From Haplodiscus bocki (Eukaryota), in the NCBI GenBank assembly GCA_965655095.1, contig OZ296651.1:101804001-101868000 (forward strand): a DNA stretch of 64,000 nt, in the 5' to 3' direction. This document shows positions 37,301 to 52,300 of the stretch, one piece after another. Every line of letters begins with the position of its first letter. Position 1 is the stretch's first letter. A program made the translations under genes and the position numbers. The notes under the pieces are model-generated. The model made no database searches. It saw only the letters and a program-made list of their open reading frames with translations, and was not told the origin of the DNA.

Positions 37301-40300
37301 GTGTCCCAGTTTCATAAAAACGTTCTATTTCTAAGGATGAATGTCAATCTTCCCTTAACCAGATGACTAAAAAATGAAGAACTTGACACCTGTCTCCATT
37401 TCAACACGATCAGTGATCACTCGGGAATTGGGGAAGCCAGCCTGTTTTTCAATTGCCTCAACCATTGGCAGCAACAACAATAAAATTGTCAACATTATAG
37501 TGGACCGAATGATCAAAAACAATCTACGACTTTTCTCATCCCCGAACCTAAGGAATTCGGTATCATCAACACAACACGTGGCAACCAGTAATCATTTGAA
37601 CAGTTATTCTAAAAAAGACTTTACAGATTTTGGCGACCAAAAATTGTTACGAAAAGCAATCATCAACATGCCTACAGCTAGTTATTTTCAATTGGATTCT
37701 AGCGCAAACTGCATAGATTCCTTCCTCCAATTCATTTAGGACAGTGATGTCAAATCAACCTGTACGCAATTTGATAAAAGAGGCGAAAACTTTGCCGTCG
37801 GAGCTACCACAACTAATTGAACCCATCAAGTTATGCAGCATCGATTATCGTATCTCACCGAAACGGATTGCAAAACTCAACTTCCGAGAAGATATGGATT
37901 TTTCCTATCTACCACCATATGGAGGAAGAACAAAGTCAAAAGCGAGTGACTTCCCGAAGAAAGACACTTTCAATTTGAATATATTTTACTTACAATTGTG
38001 AAAGTATCTGTTTTATTTGTTTTAACTTTGCGTAACTATTCATTCTTCCGAAAGATGGAAGACCGAACAATTGACTGCGAAGACGGCAGTGGCGTTCAAA
38101 AATTAAGTATTGGATGACAATCATAGCCAAAATTCCATTTGGAGGCTTTGCAGATCCACGAAATTACATACATCGGAAGTTGTATTTTTTTCTAGGCAAT
38201 GACAACGTTGATTCTCATCGTATCATGTTTTAATAATAGGCTCACCTTCTATAAGTTTCCCTGTGAGGATTTGCCATTTTGGGTATCAGTGTTGTCAGCT
38301 GTAGTCGGATATATACTTCCTAGCCCACTGTTAGGAACAAATTAAATTTTACAAGCTACCGTCTATTCATGTCCGATGTTTGTCCTGGCGGATCCGGTTA
38401 GACTGGACTGGCTTTCTCCATGTTAGTTTTTTATTGTGTCCCAGTTTCATAAAAACGTTCTATTTCTAAGGATGAATGTCAATCTTCCCTTAACCAGATG
38501 ACTAAAAAATGAAGAACTTGACACCTGTCTCCATTTCAACACGATCAGTGATCACTCGGGAATTGGGGAAGCCAGCCTGTTTTTCAATTGCCTCAACCAT
38601 TGGCAGCAACAACACTAAAATTGTCAACATTATAGTGGACCGAATGATCAAAAACAATCTACGACTTTTCTCATCCCCGAACCTAAGGAATTCGGTATCA
38701 TCAACACAACACGTGGCAACCAGTAATCATTTGAACATTTGTTCGTTAGACTTCGTTAAAGAAGACTTTACAGAATTGGGCGACCAAAAATTTTTACGAA
38801 AAGCAATCATCAACATACCTACAGCTGGGTATTTTCAATTGGAGTCTAGCGCAAACTGCATAGATTCCTTCCTCCAATTCATTTAGGACAGTGATGTCAA
38901 ATCAACGTGTACGCAATTTGATAAAGGAGGCGAAAACTTTGCCGTCGGAGCTACCACAACTAATTGAACCCATCAAGTTATGCGGAATCGATTATCGTAT
39001 CTCACCGAAACGGATTGCAAAACTCAACTTCCGAGGAGATATGGATTTTTCCTATCTACCACCATATGGAGGAAGAACAAAGTCAAAAGCGAGTGACTTC
39101 CCGAAGAAAGACACTTTCAATTTGAATATATTTTACTTACCATTGTGAAAGTATCTGTTTTATTTGTTTTAACTTTGCGTAACTATTCATTCTTCCGAAA
39201 GATGGAAGACCGAACAATTGACTGCGAAGACGGCAGTGGCGTTCAAAAATTAAGTATTGGATGACAATCATAGCCAAAATTCCATTTGGAGGCTTTGCAG
39301 ATCCACGAAATTACATACATCGGAAGTTGTATTTTTTTCTAGGCAATGACAACGTTGATTCTCATCGTATCATGTTTTAATAGGCTCACCTTCTATAAGT
39401 TTCCCTGTGAGGATTTGCCATTTTGGGTATCAGTCTTGTCAGCTGTAGTCGGATATATACTTCCTAGCCCACTGTTGGGAACAAGTTAAATTTTACAAGC
39501 TACCGTCTATTCATGTCCGTTGTTTGTCCTGGCGGATCCGGTTAGACTGGACTGACTTTCTCCATGTTAGTTTTTTATTGTGTCCCAGTTTCATAAAAAC
39601 GTTCTATGTCTAAGGATGAATGTCAATCTTCCCTTAACCAGATGACTAAAAAATGAAGAACTTGACACCTGTCTCCATTTCAACATGATCAGTGATCACT
39701 CGGGAATTGGGGAAGCCAGCCTGTTTTTCAATTGCCTCAACCATTGGCAGCAACAACAATAAAATTGTCAACATTATAGCTGACCAAATAATCAAAGACA
39801 ATCTACGATTTTTCTCATCCCCGAACCTAAGGAATTCGGTATCATCAACACAACACGTGGCAACCAGTAATTATTTGAACAGTTATTCTAAAAAAGACTT
39901 TACAGAATTTGGCGACAAAAATTGTTAAGAAAAGCAATCATCAACATGCCTACAGCTAGGTATTTTCAATTGGATTCTAGCGCAAACTGCGTAGATTCCT
40001 TCCTCCAATTCATTTAGGACATTAATGTCCAACCAACGTCTACAGAATTAGTTGAAGCAGCTGCAAACTTTGTTCCGGAGCTACCACCACTTGAGTTTAT
40101 CAAATTGTCCGGCATGATGATCGTAATTGACCCTAACAGATTGCAGGACTCAGATTCCGAGATGTGAAAATTTCCTATCAACTGTCATATGGAAGAAGAA
40201 TAAAATCAATCACGAGTGATTTTCTCGAAAAGTGACATTTTTATTGAAAATAATTTTAAGTATAATTGTGAGTATTTATTTGATTTCATTTAACTTTGCG

Positions 40301-43300
40301 TAACGATTCGTTCTTTCGAAAGATGGAAGATGAACGGCATTGGCGTTCAAAATTTAGTATTTGATGGCAATCACAGTGAAAGGTTCGTTTGGAGGCTTTG
40401 CAGCTCCACGGACTTATTAGATCGGAAGTTGTATTTTTTTCCAGACAATTACAACGTTGTTTCTCATCATATCATGTTTTAGGCTCACCTATAATTTTTC
40501 TTGTGACTATATGCCTTTTTGTATATCAGTCTTGTCAGCTGCAGTCGGATATAAGGATATAAACTTCCTAGCCCACGGCTACGAGCAAAAAGTTTTTACA
40601 AGCTGCTTTCTATTAATCTCCGTTGTTGGTCCTGGCGGATCCGGTTATACTGAACTAATTTTCTCCATGTTAGTTTTCAATACATTGTGACCCAGTTTGA
40701 AAAAAAAACGTTCTATTTCTCAAAAAAATGTCAACTTTTCTTTAACGAGTTGGCAAAAAACGGAATATAGATAGAGTCTGATACCCGTCTCCATTTGAAC
40801 ATGATCAAGGATCACTGCGGAAGAGAGGAAGACAGCCTGTTTTTCAATTGCCTCACCCATTGCCAGCAACAACAATAAAATTGTCAAAATTAAAGTGGAC
40901 GAAATGATCAAAAACAATCTACGACTTTTCTCATCCCCGAACCTAAGGATTTCGGTATCATCAACACAACACGTGGCAACCAGTAATCATTTGAACAATT
41001 GTTCGTTAGACTTCGTTAAAGAAGACTTTACAGAATTGGGCGACCAAAAATTTTTACGAAAAGCAATCATCAACATACCTACAGCTGGGTATTTTCAATT
41101 GGAGTCTAGCGCAAACTGCATAGATTCCTTCCTCCAATTCATTTAGGACAGTGATGTCAAATCAACGTGTACGCAATTTGATAAAGGAGGCGAAAACTTT
41201 GCCGTCGGAGCTACCACAACTAATTGAACCCATCAAGTTATGCGGAATCGATTATCGTATCTCACCGAAACGGATTGCAAAACTCAACTTCCGAGGAGAT
41301 ATGGATTTTTCCTATCTACCACCATATGGAGGAAGAACAAAGTCAAAAGCGAGTGACTTCCCGAAGAAAGACACTTTCAATTTGAATATATTTTACTTAC
41401 CATTGTGAAAGTATCTGTTTTATTTGTTTTAACTTTGCGTAACTATTCATTCTTCCGAAAGATGGAAGACCGAACAATTGACTGCGAAGACGGCAGTGGC
41501 GTTCAAAAATTAAGTATTGGATGACAATCATAGCCAAAATTCCATTTGGAGGCTTTGCAGATCCACGAAATTACATACATCGGAAGTTGTATTTTTTTCT
41601 AGGCAATGACAACGTTGATTCTCATCGTATCATGTTTTAATAGGCTCACCTTCTATAAGTTTCCCTGTGAGGATTTGCCATTTTGGGTATCAGTCTTGTC
41701 AGCTGTAGTCGGATATATACTTCCTAGCCCACTGTTGGGAACAAGTTAAATTTTACAAGCTACCGTCTATTCATGTCCGTTGTTTGTCCTGGCGGATCCG
41801 GTTAGACTGGACTGACTTTCTCCATGTTAGTTTTTTATTGTGTCCCAGTTTCATAAAAACGTTCTATGTCTAAGGATGAATGTCAATCTTCCCTTAACCA
41901 GATGACTAAAAAATGAAGAACTTGACACCTGTCTCCATTTCAACATGATCAGTGATCACTCGGGAATTGGGGAAGCCAGCCTGTTTTTCAATTGCCTCAA
42001 CCATTGGCAGCAACAACAATAAAATTGTCAACATTATAGCTGACCAAATAATCAAAGACAATCTACGATTTTTCTCATCCCCGAACCTAAGGAATTCGGT
42101 ATCATCAACACAACACGTGGCAACCAGTAATTATTTGAACAGTTATTCTAAAAAAGACTTTACAGAATTTGGCGACAAAAATTGTTAAGAAAAGCAATCA
42201 TCAACATGCCTACAGCTAGGTATTTTCAATTGGATTCTAGCGCAAACTGCATAGATTCCTTCCTCCAATTCATTTAGGACATTAATGTCCAACCAACGTC
42301 TACAGAATTAGTTGAAGCAGCTGCAAACTTTGTTCCGGAGCTACCACCACTTGAGTTTATCAAATTGTCCGGCATGATGATCGTAATTGACCCTAACAGA
42401 TTGCAGGACTCAGATTCCGAGATGTGAAAATTTCCTATCAACTGTCATATGGAAGAAGAATAAAATCAATCACGAGTGATTTTCTCGAAAAGTGACATTT
42501 TTATTGAAAATAATTTTAAGTATAATTGTGAGTATTTATTTGATTTCATTTAACTTTGCGTAACGATTCGTTCTTTCGAAAGATGGAAGATGAACGGCAT
42601 TGGCGTTCAAAATTTAGTATTTGATGGCAATCACAGTGAAAGGTTCGTTTGGAGGCTTTGCAGCTCCACGGACTTATTAGATCGGAAGTTGTATTTTTTT
42701 CCAGACAATTACAACGTTGTTTCTCATCATATCATGTTTTAGGCTCACCTATAATTTTTCTTGTGACTATATGCCTTTTTGTATATCAGTCTTGTCAGCT
42801 GCAGTCGGATATAAGGATATAAACTTCCTAGCCCACGGCTACGAGCAAAAAGTTTTTACAAGCTGCTTTCTATTAATCTCCGTTGTTGGTCCTGGCGGAT
42901 CCGGTTATACTGAACTAATTTTCTCCATGTTAGTTTTCAATACATTGTGACCCAGTTTGAAAAAAACGTTCTATTTCTCAAAAAAATGTCAACTTTTCTT
43001 TAACGAGTTGGCAAAAAACGGAATATAGATAGAGTCTGATACCCGTCTCCATTTGAACATGATCAAGGATCACTGCGGAAGAGAGGAAGACAGCCTGTTT
43101 TTCAATTGCCTCACCCATTGCCAGCAACAACAATAAAATTGTCAAAATTAAAGTGGACGAAATGATCAAAAACAATCTACGACTTTTCTCATCCCCGAAC
43201 CTAAGGATTTCGGTATCATCAACACAACACGTGGCAACCAGTAATCATTTGAACAATTGTTCGTTAGACTTCGTTAAAGAAGACTTTACAGAATTTGGCG

Positions 43301-46300
43301 ACCAAAAACTCTTACTAAAAGAAATCATCAACATGCCGACAACTGGGTATATTCAATTGGAGTCTAGCGCAAACTGCATAGATTCCTTCCTCCAGTTCAT
43401 TGAGAACAATAATGTCCAACCAACATCTACGGAACTAGTTGAAGCAGCTGAAAACATTGTCCCGGAGCTACCACCACTTGAATTTATCAAATTGTCCGGC
43501 ATGATGATCGTAATTGACCCTAACAGACTGCAGGACTCAGATTCCGAGATGTGGAAATTTCCTATCAACTGTCATATGGAAGAAGAATAAAATCAATAAC
43601 GAGTGATTTTCTCGAAAAGTGACATTTTTATTGAAAATAATTTTAAGTATAATTGTGAGTATTTACTTGATTTCATTTAACTTTGCGTAACGATTCGTTC
43701 TTTCGAAAGATGGAAGATGAACGGCATTGGCGTTCAAAATTTAGTATTTGATGGCAATCACAGTGAAAGGTTCGTTTGGAGGCTTTGCAGCTCCACGGAC
43801 TTATTAGATGGGAAGTTGTATTTTTTTCCAGACAATTACAACGTTGTTTCTCATCATATCATGTTTTAGGCTCACCTATAATTTTTCTTGTGACTATATG
43901 ACTTTTTGTATATCAGTCTTGTCAGCTGCAGTCGGATATAAGGATATAAACTTCCTAGCCCACGGCTACGAGCAAAAAGTTTTTACAAGCTGCTTTCTAT
44001 TAATCTCCGTTGTTGGTCCTGGCGGATCCGGTTATACTGAACTAATTTTCTCCATGTTAGTTTTTAATACATTGTGACCAGTTTCAAAAAAAAAAACGTT
44101 CTTTTTCTGAAGAAAATGTCAACTTTTCTTTAACGAGATGGCAAAAAAACGGAATATAGATAGAGTCTGATACCCTTCTCCATTTTAGCATGATCAAGGA
44201 TCACTGCGGAAGAGAGGAAGACAGCCTGTTTTTCAATTGCCTCACCCATTGCCATCAACAACAATAAAATTGTCAACATTATAGTGGACCAAATGATCAA
44301 AAACAATCTACGACTTTTTTCATCCCCGAACCTAAGGAATTCGTATCATCAACACAACACGTGGCAACCAGTAATCATTTGAACATTTGTTCGTTAGACT
44401 TCGTTAAAGAAGACTTTACAGAATTGGGCGACCAAAAATTTTTACGAAAAGCAATCATCAACATACCTACAGCTGGGTATTTTCAATTGGAGTCTAGCGC
44501 AAACTGCATAGATTCCTTCCTCCAATTCATTTAGGACAGTGATGTCAAATCAACGTCTACGCAATTTGATAAAGGAGGCGAAAACTTTGCCGTCGGAGCT
44601 ACCACAACTAATTGAACCCATCAAGTTATGCGGCATCGATTATCGTATCTCACCGAAACGGATTGCAAAACTCAACTTCCGAGAAGATATGGATTTTTCC
44701 TATCTACCACCATATGGAGGAAGAACAAAGTCAAAAGCGAGTGACTTCCCGAAGAAAGACACTTTCAATTTGAATATATTTTACTTACCATTGTGAAAGT
44801 ATCTGTTTTATTTGTTTTAACTTTGCGTAAATATTCATTCTTCCGAAAGATGGAAGACCGAACAATTGACTGCGAAGACGGCAGTGGCGTTCAAAAATTA
44901 AGTATTGGATGACAATCATAGCCAAAATTCCATTTGGAGGCTTTGCAGATCCACGAAATTACATACATCGGAAGTTGTATTTTTTTCTAGGCAATGACAA
45001 CGTTGATTCTCATCGTATCATGTTTTAATAGGCTCACCTTCTATAAGTTTCCCTGTGAGGATTTGCCATTTTGGGTATCAGTCTTGTCAGCTGTAGTCGG
45101 ATATATACTTCCTAGCCCACTGTTAGGAACAAATTAAATTTTACAAGCTACCGTCTATTCATGTCCGTTGTTTGTCCTGGCGGATCCGGTTAGACTGGAC
45201 TGACTTTCTCCATGTTAGTTTTTTATTGTGTCCCAGTTTCATAAAAACGTTCTATGTCTAAGGATGAATGTCAATCTTCCCTTAACCAGATGACTAAAAA
45301 ATGAAGAACTTGACACCTGTCTCCATTTCAACATGATCAGTGATCACTCGGGAATTGGGGAAGCCAGCCTGTTTTTCAATTGCCTCAACCATTGGCAGCA
45401 ACACCAATAAAATTGTCAACATTATAGCTGACCAATTGATCAAAGACAATCTACGAATTTTCTCATCCCCGAACCTAAGGAATTCGGTATCATCAACACA
45501 ACACGTGGCAACCAGTAATCATTTGAACAGTTATTCTAAAAAAGACTTTACAGATTTTGGCGACCAAAAATTGTTACGAAAAGCAATCATCAACATGCCT
45601 ACAGCTAGGTATTTTCAATTGGATTCTAGCGCAAACTGCATAGATTCCTTCCTCCAATTCATTTAGGACAGTGATGTCAAATCAACGTGTACGCAATTTG
45701 ATAAAGGAGGCGAAAACTTTGCCGTCGGAGCTACCACAACTAATTGAACCCATCAAGTTATGCGGCATCGATTATCGTATCTCACCGAAACGGATTGCAA
45801 AACTCAACTTCCGAGAAGATATGGATTTTTCCTATCTACCACCATATGGAGGAAGAACAAAGTCAAAAGCGAGTGACTTCCCGAAGAAAGACACTTTCAA
45901 TTTGAATATATTTTACTTACCATTGTGAAAGTATCTGTTTTATTTGTTTTAACTTTGCGTAACTATTCATTCTTCCGAAAGATGGAAGACCGAACAATTG
46001 ACTGCGAAGACGGCAGTGGCGTTCAAAAATTAAGTATCGGATGACAATCATAGCCAAAATTCCATTTGGAGGCTTTGCAGATCCACGAAATTACATACAT
46101 CGGAAGTTGTATTTTTTTCTAGGCAATGACAACGTTGATTCTCATCGTATCATGTTTTAATAGGCTCACCTTCTATAATTTTCCCTGTGAGGATTTGCCA
46201 TTTTGGGTATCAGTCTTGTCAGCTGTAGTCGGATATATACTTCCTAGCCCACTGTTAGGAACAAATTAAATTTTACAAGCTACCGTCTATTCATGTCCGT

Positions 46301-49300
46301 TGTTTGTCCTGGCGGATCCGGTTAGACTGGACTGACTTTCTCCATGTTAGTTTTTTATTGTGTCCCAGTTTCATAAAAACGTTCTATGTCTAAGGATGAA
46401 TGTCAATCTTCCCTTAACCAGATGACTAAAAAATGAAGAACTTGACACCTGTCTCCATTTCAACATGATCAGTGATCACTCGGGAATTGGGGAAGCCAGC
46501 CTGTTTTTCAATTGCCTCAACCATTGGCAGCAACAACAATAAAATTGTCAACATTATAGCTGACCAAATGATCAAAGACAATCTACGAATTTTCTCATCC
46601 CCGAACCTAAGGAATTCGGTATCATCAACACAACACGTGGCAACCAGTAATCATTTGAACAGTTATTCTAAAAAAGTTTTTACAGAATTTGCCGACCAAA
46701 AACTGTTACGAAAAGCAATCATCAACATGCCTACAGCTAGGTATTTTCAATTGGATTCTAGCGCAAACTGCATAGATTCCTTCCTCCAATTCATTTAGGA
46801 CAGTGATGTCAAATCAACGTGTACGCAATTTGATAAAGGAGGCGAAAACTTTGCCGTCGGAGCTACCACAACTAATTGAACCCATCAAGTTATGCGGCAT
46901 CGATTATCGTATCTCACCGAAACGGATTGCAAAACTCAACTTCCGAGAAGATATGGATTTTTCCTATCTACCACCATATGGAGGAAGAACAAAGTCAAAA
47001 GCGAGTGACTTCCCGAAGAAAGACACTTTCAATTTGAATATATTTTACTTACAATTGTGAAAGTATCTGTTTTATTTCTTTTAACTTTGCGTAACTATTC
47101 ATTCTTCCGAAAGATGGAAGACCGAACAATTGACTGCGAAGACGGCAGTGGCGTTCAAAAATTAAGTATTGGATGACAATCATAGCCAAAATTCCATTTA
47201 GAGGCTTTGCAGATCCACGAAATTACATACATCGGAAGTTGTATTTTTTTCTAGGCAATGACAACGTTGATTCTCATCGTATCATGTTTTAATAGGCTCA
47301 CCTTCTATAAGTTTCCCTGTGAGGATTTGCCATTTTGGGTATCAGTCTTGTCAGTTGTAGTCGGATATATACTTCCTAGCCCACTTTTAGGAACAAATTG
47401 AATTTTACAAGCTACCATCTATTCATGTCCGTTGTTTGTCCTGGCGGATCTGGTTAGACTGGACTGACTTTCTCCATGTTAGTTTTTTACTGTGTCCCAG
47501 TTTCATAGAAACGTTCTATTTCTAAGGATGAATGTCAATCTTCCCTTAACCAGATGACTAAAAAATGAAGAACTTGACACCTGTCTCCATTTCAACATGA
47601 TCAGTGATCACTCGGGAATTGGGGAAGCCAGCCTGTTTTTCAATTGCCTCAACCATTGGCAGCAACAACAATAAAATTGTCAACATTATAGCTGACCAAA
47701 TGATCAAAGACAATCTACGATTTTTCTCATCCCCGAACCTAAGGAATTCGGTATCATCAACACAACACGTGGCAACCAGTAATCATTTGAACAGTTATTC
47801 TAAAAAAGTTTTTACAGAATTTGCCGACCAAAAACTGTTACGAAAAGCAATCATCAACATGCCTACAGCTAGGTATTTTCAATTGGATTCTAGCGCAAAC
47901 TGCATAGATTCCTTCCTCCAATTCATTTAGGACAGTGATGTCAAATCAACGTGTACGCAATTTGATAAAGGAGGCGAAAACTTTGCCGTCGGAGCTACCA
48001 CAACTAATTGAACCCATCAAGTTATGCGGCATCGATTATCGTATCTCACCGAAACGGATTGCAAAACTCAACTTCCGAGAAGATATGGATTTTTCCTATC
48101 TACCACCATATGGAGGAAGAACAAAGTCAAAAGCGAGTGACTTCCCGAAGAAAGACACTTTCAATTTGAATATATTTTACTTACAATTGTGAAAGTATCT
48201 GTTTTATTTCTTTTAACTTTGCGTAACTATTCATTCTTCCGAAAGATGGAAGACCGAACAATTGACTGCGAAGACGGCAGTGGCGTTCAAAAATTAAGTA
48301 TTGGATGACAATCATAGCCAAAATTCCATTTAGAGGCTTTGCAGATCCACGAAATTACATACATCGGAAGTTGTATTTTTTTCTAGGCAATGACAACGTT
48401 GATTCTCATCGTATCATGTTTTAATAGGCTCACCTTCTATAAGTTTCCCTGTGAGGATTTGCCATTTTGGGTATCAGTCTTGTCAGTTGTAGTCGGATAT
48501 ATACTTCCTAGCCCACTTTTAGGAACAAATTGAATTTTACAAGCTACCATCTATTCATGTCCGTTGTTTGTCCTGGCGGATCTGGTTAGACTGGACTGAC
48601 TTTCTCCATGTTAGTTTTTTACTGTGTCCCAGTTTCATAGAAACGTTCTATTTCTAAGGATGAATGTCAATCTTCCCTTAACCAGATGACTAAAAAATGA
48701 AGAACTTGACACCTGTCTCCATTTCAACATGATCAGTGATCACTCGGGAATTGGGGAAGCCAGCCTGTTTTTCAATTGCCTCAACCATTGGCAGCAACAA
48801 CAATAAAATTGTCAACATTATAGCTGACCAAATGATCAAAGACAATCTACGATTTTTCTCATCCCCGAACCTAAGGAATTCGGTATCATCAACACAACAC
48901 GTGGCAACCAGTAATCATTTGAACAGTTATTCTAAAAAAGACTTTACAGAATTTGGCGACAAAAATTGTTACGAAAAGCAATCATCAACATGCCTACAGC
49001 TAGGTATTTTCAATTGGATTCTAGCGCAAACTGCATAGATTCCTTCCTCCAATTCATTTAGGACATTAATGTCCAACCAACGTCTACAGAATTAGTTGAA
49101 GCAGCTGCAAACTTTGTTCCGGAGCTACCACCACTTGAGTTTATCAAATTGTCCGGCATGATGATTGTAATTGACCCTAACAGATTGCAGGACTCAGATT
49201 CCGAGATGTGGAAATTTCCTATCAACTGTCATATGGAAGAAGAATAAAATCAATAACGAGTGATTTTCTCGAAAAGTGACATTTTTATTGAAAATAATTT

Positions 49301-52300
49301 TAAGTATAAATGTGAGTATTTATTTGATTTCATTTAACTTTGCGTAACGATTCGTTCTTTCGAAAGATGGAAGATGAACGGCATTGGCGTTCAAAATTTA
49401 GTATTTGATGGCAATCACAGTGAAAGGTTCGTTTGGAGGCTTTGCAGCTCCACGGACTTATTAGATGGGAAGTTGTATTTTTTTCCAGACAATTACAACG
49501 TTGTTTCTCATCATATCATGTTTTAGGCTCACCTATAATTTTTCTTGTGACTATATGACTTTTTGTATATCAGTCTTGTCAGCTGCAGTCGGATATAAGG
49601 ATATAAACTTCCTAGCCCACGTCTACGAGCAAAAAGTTTTTACAAGCTGCTTTCTATTAATCTCCGTTGTTGGTCCTGGCGGATCCGGTTATACTGAACT
49701 AATTTTCTCCATGTTAGTTTTTAATACATTGTGACCAGTTTCAAAAAAAAACGTTCTTTTTCTGAAGAAAATGTCAACTTTTCTTTAACGAGATGGCAAA
49801 AAAACGGAATATAGATAGAGTCTGATACCCTTCTCCATTTTAGCATGATCAAGGATCACTGCGGAAGAGAGGAAGACAGCCTGTTTTTCAATTGCCTCAC
49901 CCATTGCCATCAACAACAATAAAATTGTCAACATTATAGTGGACCAAATGATCAAAAACAATCTACTTTTTTCATCCCCGAACCTAAGGAATTCGTATCA
50001 TCAACACAACACGTGGCAACCAGTAATCATTTGAACATTTGTTCGTTAGACTTCGTTAAAGAAGACTTTACAGAATTGGGCGACCAAAAATTTTTACGAA
50101 AAGCAATCATCAACATACCTACAGCTGGGTATTTTCAATTGGAGTCTAGCGCAAACTGCATAGATCCCTTCCTCCAGTTCATTGAGAACAATAATGTCCA
50201 ACCAACGTCTACAGAACTAGTTGAAGCAGCTGAAAACTTTGTCCCGGAGCTACCACCACTTGAATTTATCAAATTGTCCGGCATGATGATCGTAATTGAC
50301 CCCAACAGATTGCGGGACTCAGATTCCGAGACGTGGAAATTTCCTATCAACTGTCATATGGAAGAAGAATGAAATCAATAACGAGTGATTTTATCGAAAA
50401 GTGACATTTTTATTGAAATTAATTTTAGGTATAATTGTGAAACTATTTATTTGATTTCATATAACTTTGCGTAACGATTCATTCTTTCGAAAGATGGAAG
50501 ATGAACGGCATTGGCGTTCAAAATTTAGTATTTGATGGCAATCACAGTGAAAGGTTGGTTTGGAGGCTTTGCAGCTCCACGGACTTATTAGATGGGAATT
50601 TGCATTTTTTTTCCAGACAATTACAACGTTGTTTCTCATCATATGATGTTTTAGGCTCACCTATAATTTTTCTTGTGACTATATGCCTTTTTGTATATCA
50701 GTCTTGACAGCTGCAGTCGGATATAAGGATATAAACTTCCTAGCCCACGGCTACGAACAAAAAGTTTTTACAAGCTGCTTTCTATTAATCTCCGTTGTTG
50801 GTCCTGGCGGATAAGGTTATACTGAACTAATTTTCTCCATGTTAGTTTTCAATACATTGTGACCCAGTTTCAAAAAAAACGTTCTATTTCTCAAAAAAAT
50901 GTCAACTTTTCTTTAACGAGTTGGCAAAAAAACGGAATATAGATAGAGTCTGATACCCGTCTCCATTTGAACATGATCAAGGATCACTGCGGAAGAGAGG
51001 AAGACAGCCTGTTTTTCAATTGCCTCACCCATTGCCAGCAACAACAATAAAATTGTCAAAATTAAAGTGGACGAAATGATCAAAAACAATCTACGACTTT
51101 TCTCATCCCCGAACCTAAGGATTTCGGTATCATCAACACAACACGTGGCAACCAGTAATCAATTGAACCGTTGTCTTTATAAAGACTTTACAGAATTTGG
51201 CGACCAAAAACTCTTACTAAAAGAAATCATCAACATGCCGACAGCTGGGTATATTCAATTGGAGTCTAGCGCAAACTGCATAGATTCCTTCCTCCAATTC
51301 ATTTAGGACAGTGATGTCAAATCAACGTGTACGCAATTTGATAAAGGAGCCAAAAACTTTGCCGCCGGAGCTACCACAACTAATTGAACCCATCGGGTTA
51401 TGCGGCATCGATTATGGTATCTCACAGAAACGGATTTGCAGAACTCAAATTCCGAGAAGATATGGATTTTTCCTATCTACCACCATATGGAGGAAGAACA
51501 AAGTCAAAAGCGAGTGACTTCCCGAAGAAAGACACTTTCAATTTGAATATATTTTACTTACAATTGTGAAAGTATCTGTTTTATTTCTTTTAACTTTGCG
51601 TAACTATTCATTCTTCCGAAAGATGGAAGACCGAACAATTGACTGCGAAGACGGCAGTGGCGTTCAAAAATTAAGTATTGGATGACAATCATAGCCAAAA
51701 TTCCATTTGGAGGCTTTGCAGATCCACGAAATTACATACATCGGAAGTTGTATTTTATTCTAGGCAATGACAACGTTGATTCTCATCGTATCATGTTTTA
51801 ATAGGCTCACCTTCTATAAGGTTCCCTGTGAGGATTTGCCATTTTGGGTATCAGTCTTGTCAGCTGTAGTCGGATATATACTTCCTAGCCCACTGTTAGG
51901 AACAAATTAAATTTTACAAGCTACCGTCTTTTCATGTCCGTTGTTTGTCCTGGCGGATCCGGTTAGACTGGACTGACTTTCTCCATGTTAGTTTTTGATT
52001 GTGTTCCAGTTTCATAAAAACGTTCTATTTCTAAAGAAGAATGTCACTCTTCCCTTAACCAGATGGCTGAAAAAATGAAGAACTTGACACCTGTCTCCAT
52101 TTCAACATGATCAGTGGTCACTGCGGAATTGGGGAAGCCAGCCTGTTTTTCAATTGCCTCAACCATTGCCAGCAACAACAATAAAATTGTCAACAAAATA
52201 GCGGACCAAATGATCAAAGACAATCTACGACTTTTCTCATCGGCGAACCTAAAGAATTCGGTATCATCAACACAACATGTGGCAACCAGTAATCAATTGA

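Noticed and set aside
19612-50350. Repeated minus-strand 71-aa ORF (MIGNFHISESES…)
   Set aside because: It is the antisense shadow of ORF-X and recurs only because the DNA is repeated.
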